Assembly: GCA_951406725.2 (NCBI GenBank)
Contig: OX597841.1
Span: forward strand, 1,860,001 to 1,924,000
Length of the DNA stretch: 64,000 nucleotides
From: Octopus vulgaris
Taxonomy: Eukaryota
Direction of reading: 5' to 3'
Under the pieces are notes generated by a model. The model did no database searches and was not told the origin of the DNA. It was given only the letters and a program-made list of their open reading frames with translations. Made by a program: the position numbers and the translations under genes. Below, piece by piece: positions 63,999-64,000 of the stretch. The stretch's first letter is position 1; every line of letters starts with the position of its first letter.

Positions 63999-64000
63999 AC

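Overview
AT-rich eukaryotic (animal) genomic DNA, most consistent with an octopus genome. That is an inference from the SINE and microsatellite content and the intronless C2H2 genes. The window is part of a tandem C2H2 zinc-finger gene cluster: five complete single-coding-exon genes (21934+, 31153-, 43955+, 52406+, 55406+), two genes truncated by the window edges, and several finger remnants. They are embedded in a dense matrix of SINEs, LINE fragments (RTE, CR1, Tx1/L1, R4/Dong), DNA-transposon relics and MITEs (mariner/Tc1, pogo, hAT, piggyBac-like, Merlin-like), a Helitron relic and microsatellites. The most notable unexplained structure is a six-copy tandem array at about 8.9-17.8 kb of a ~330-bp module. 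On the minus strand each copy reads as an NRF1-like palindrome, a short exon, a 148-nt GT-AG intron, a 39-nt microexon and a second donor, and three long near-perfect hairpins lie between copies. Other points of interest are a hammerhead-ribozyme-like motif at 45873-45951 (-), a conserved 5' regulatory module with a uORF shared by the ZNF genes, and a conserved N-terminal peptide (MENxNHLD). All calls are by eye and repeat boundaries are approximate.
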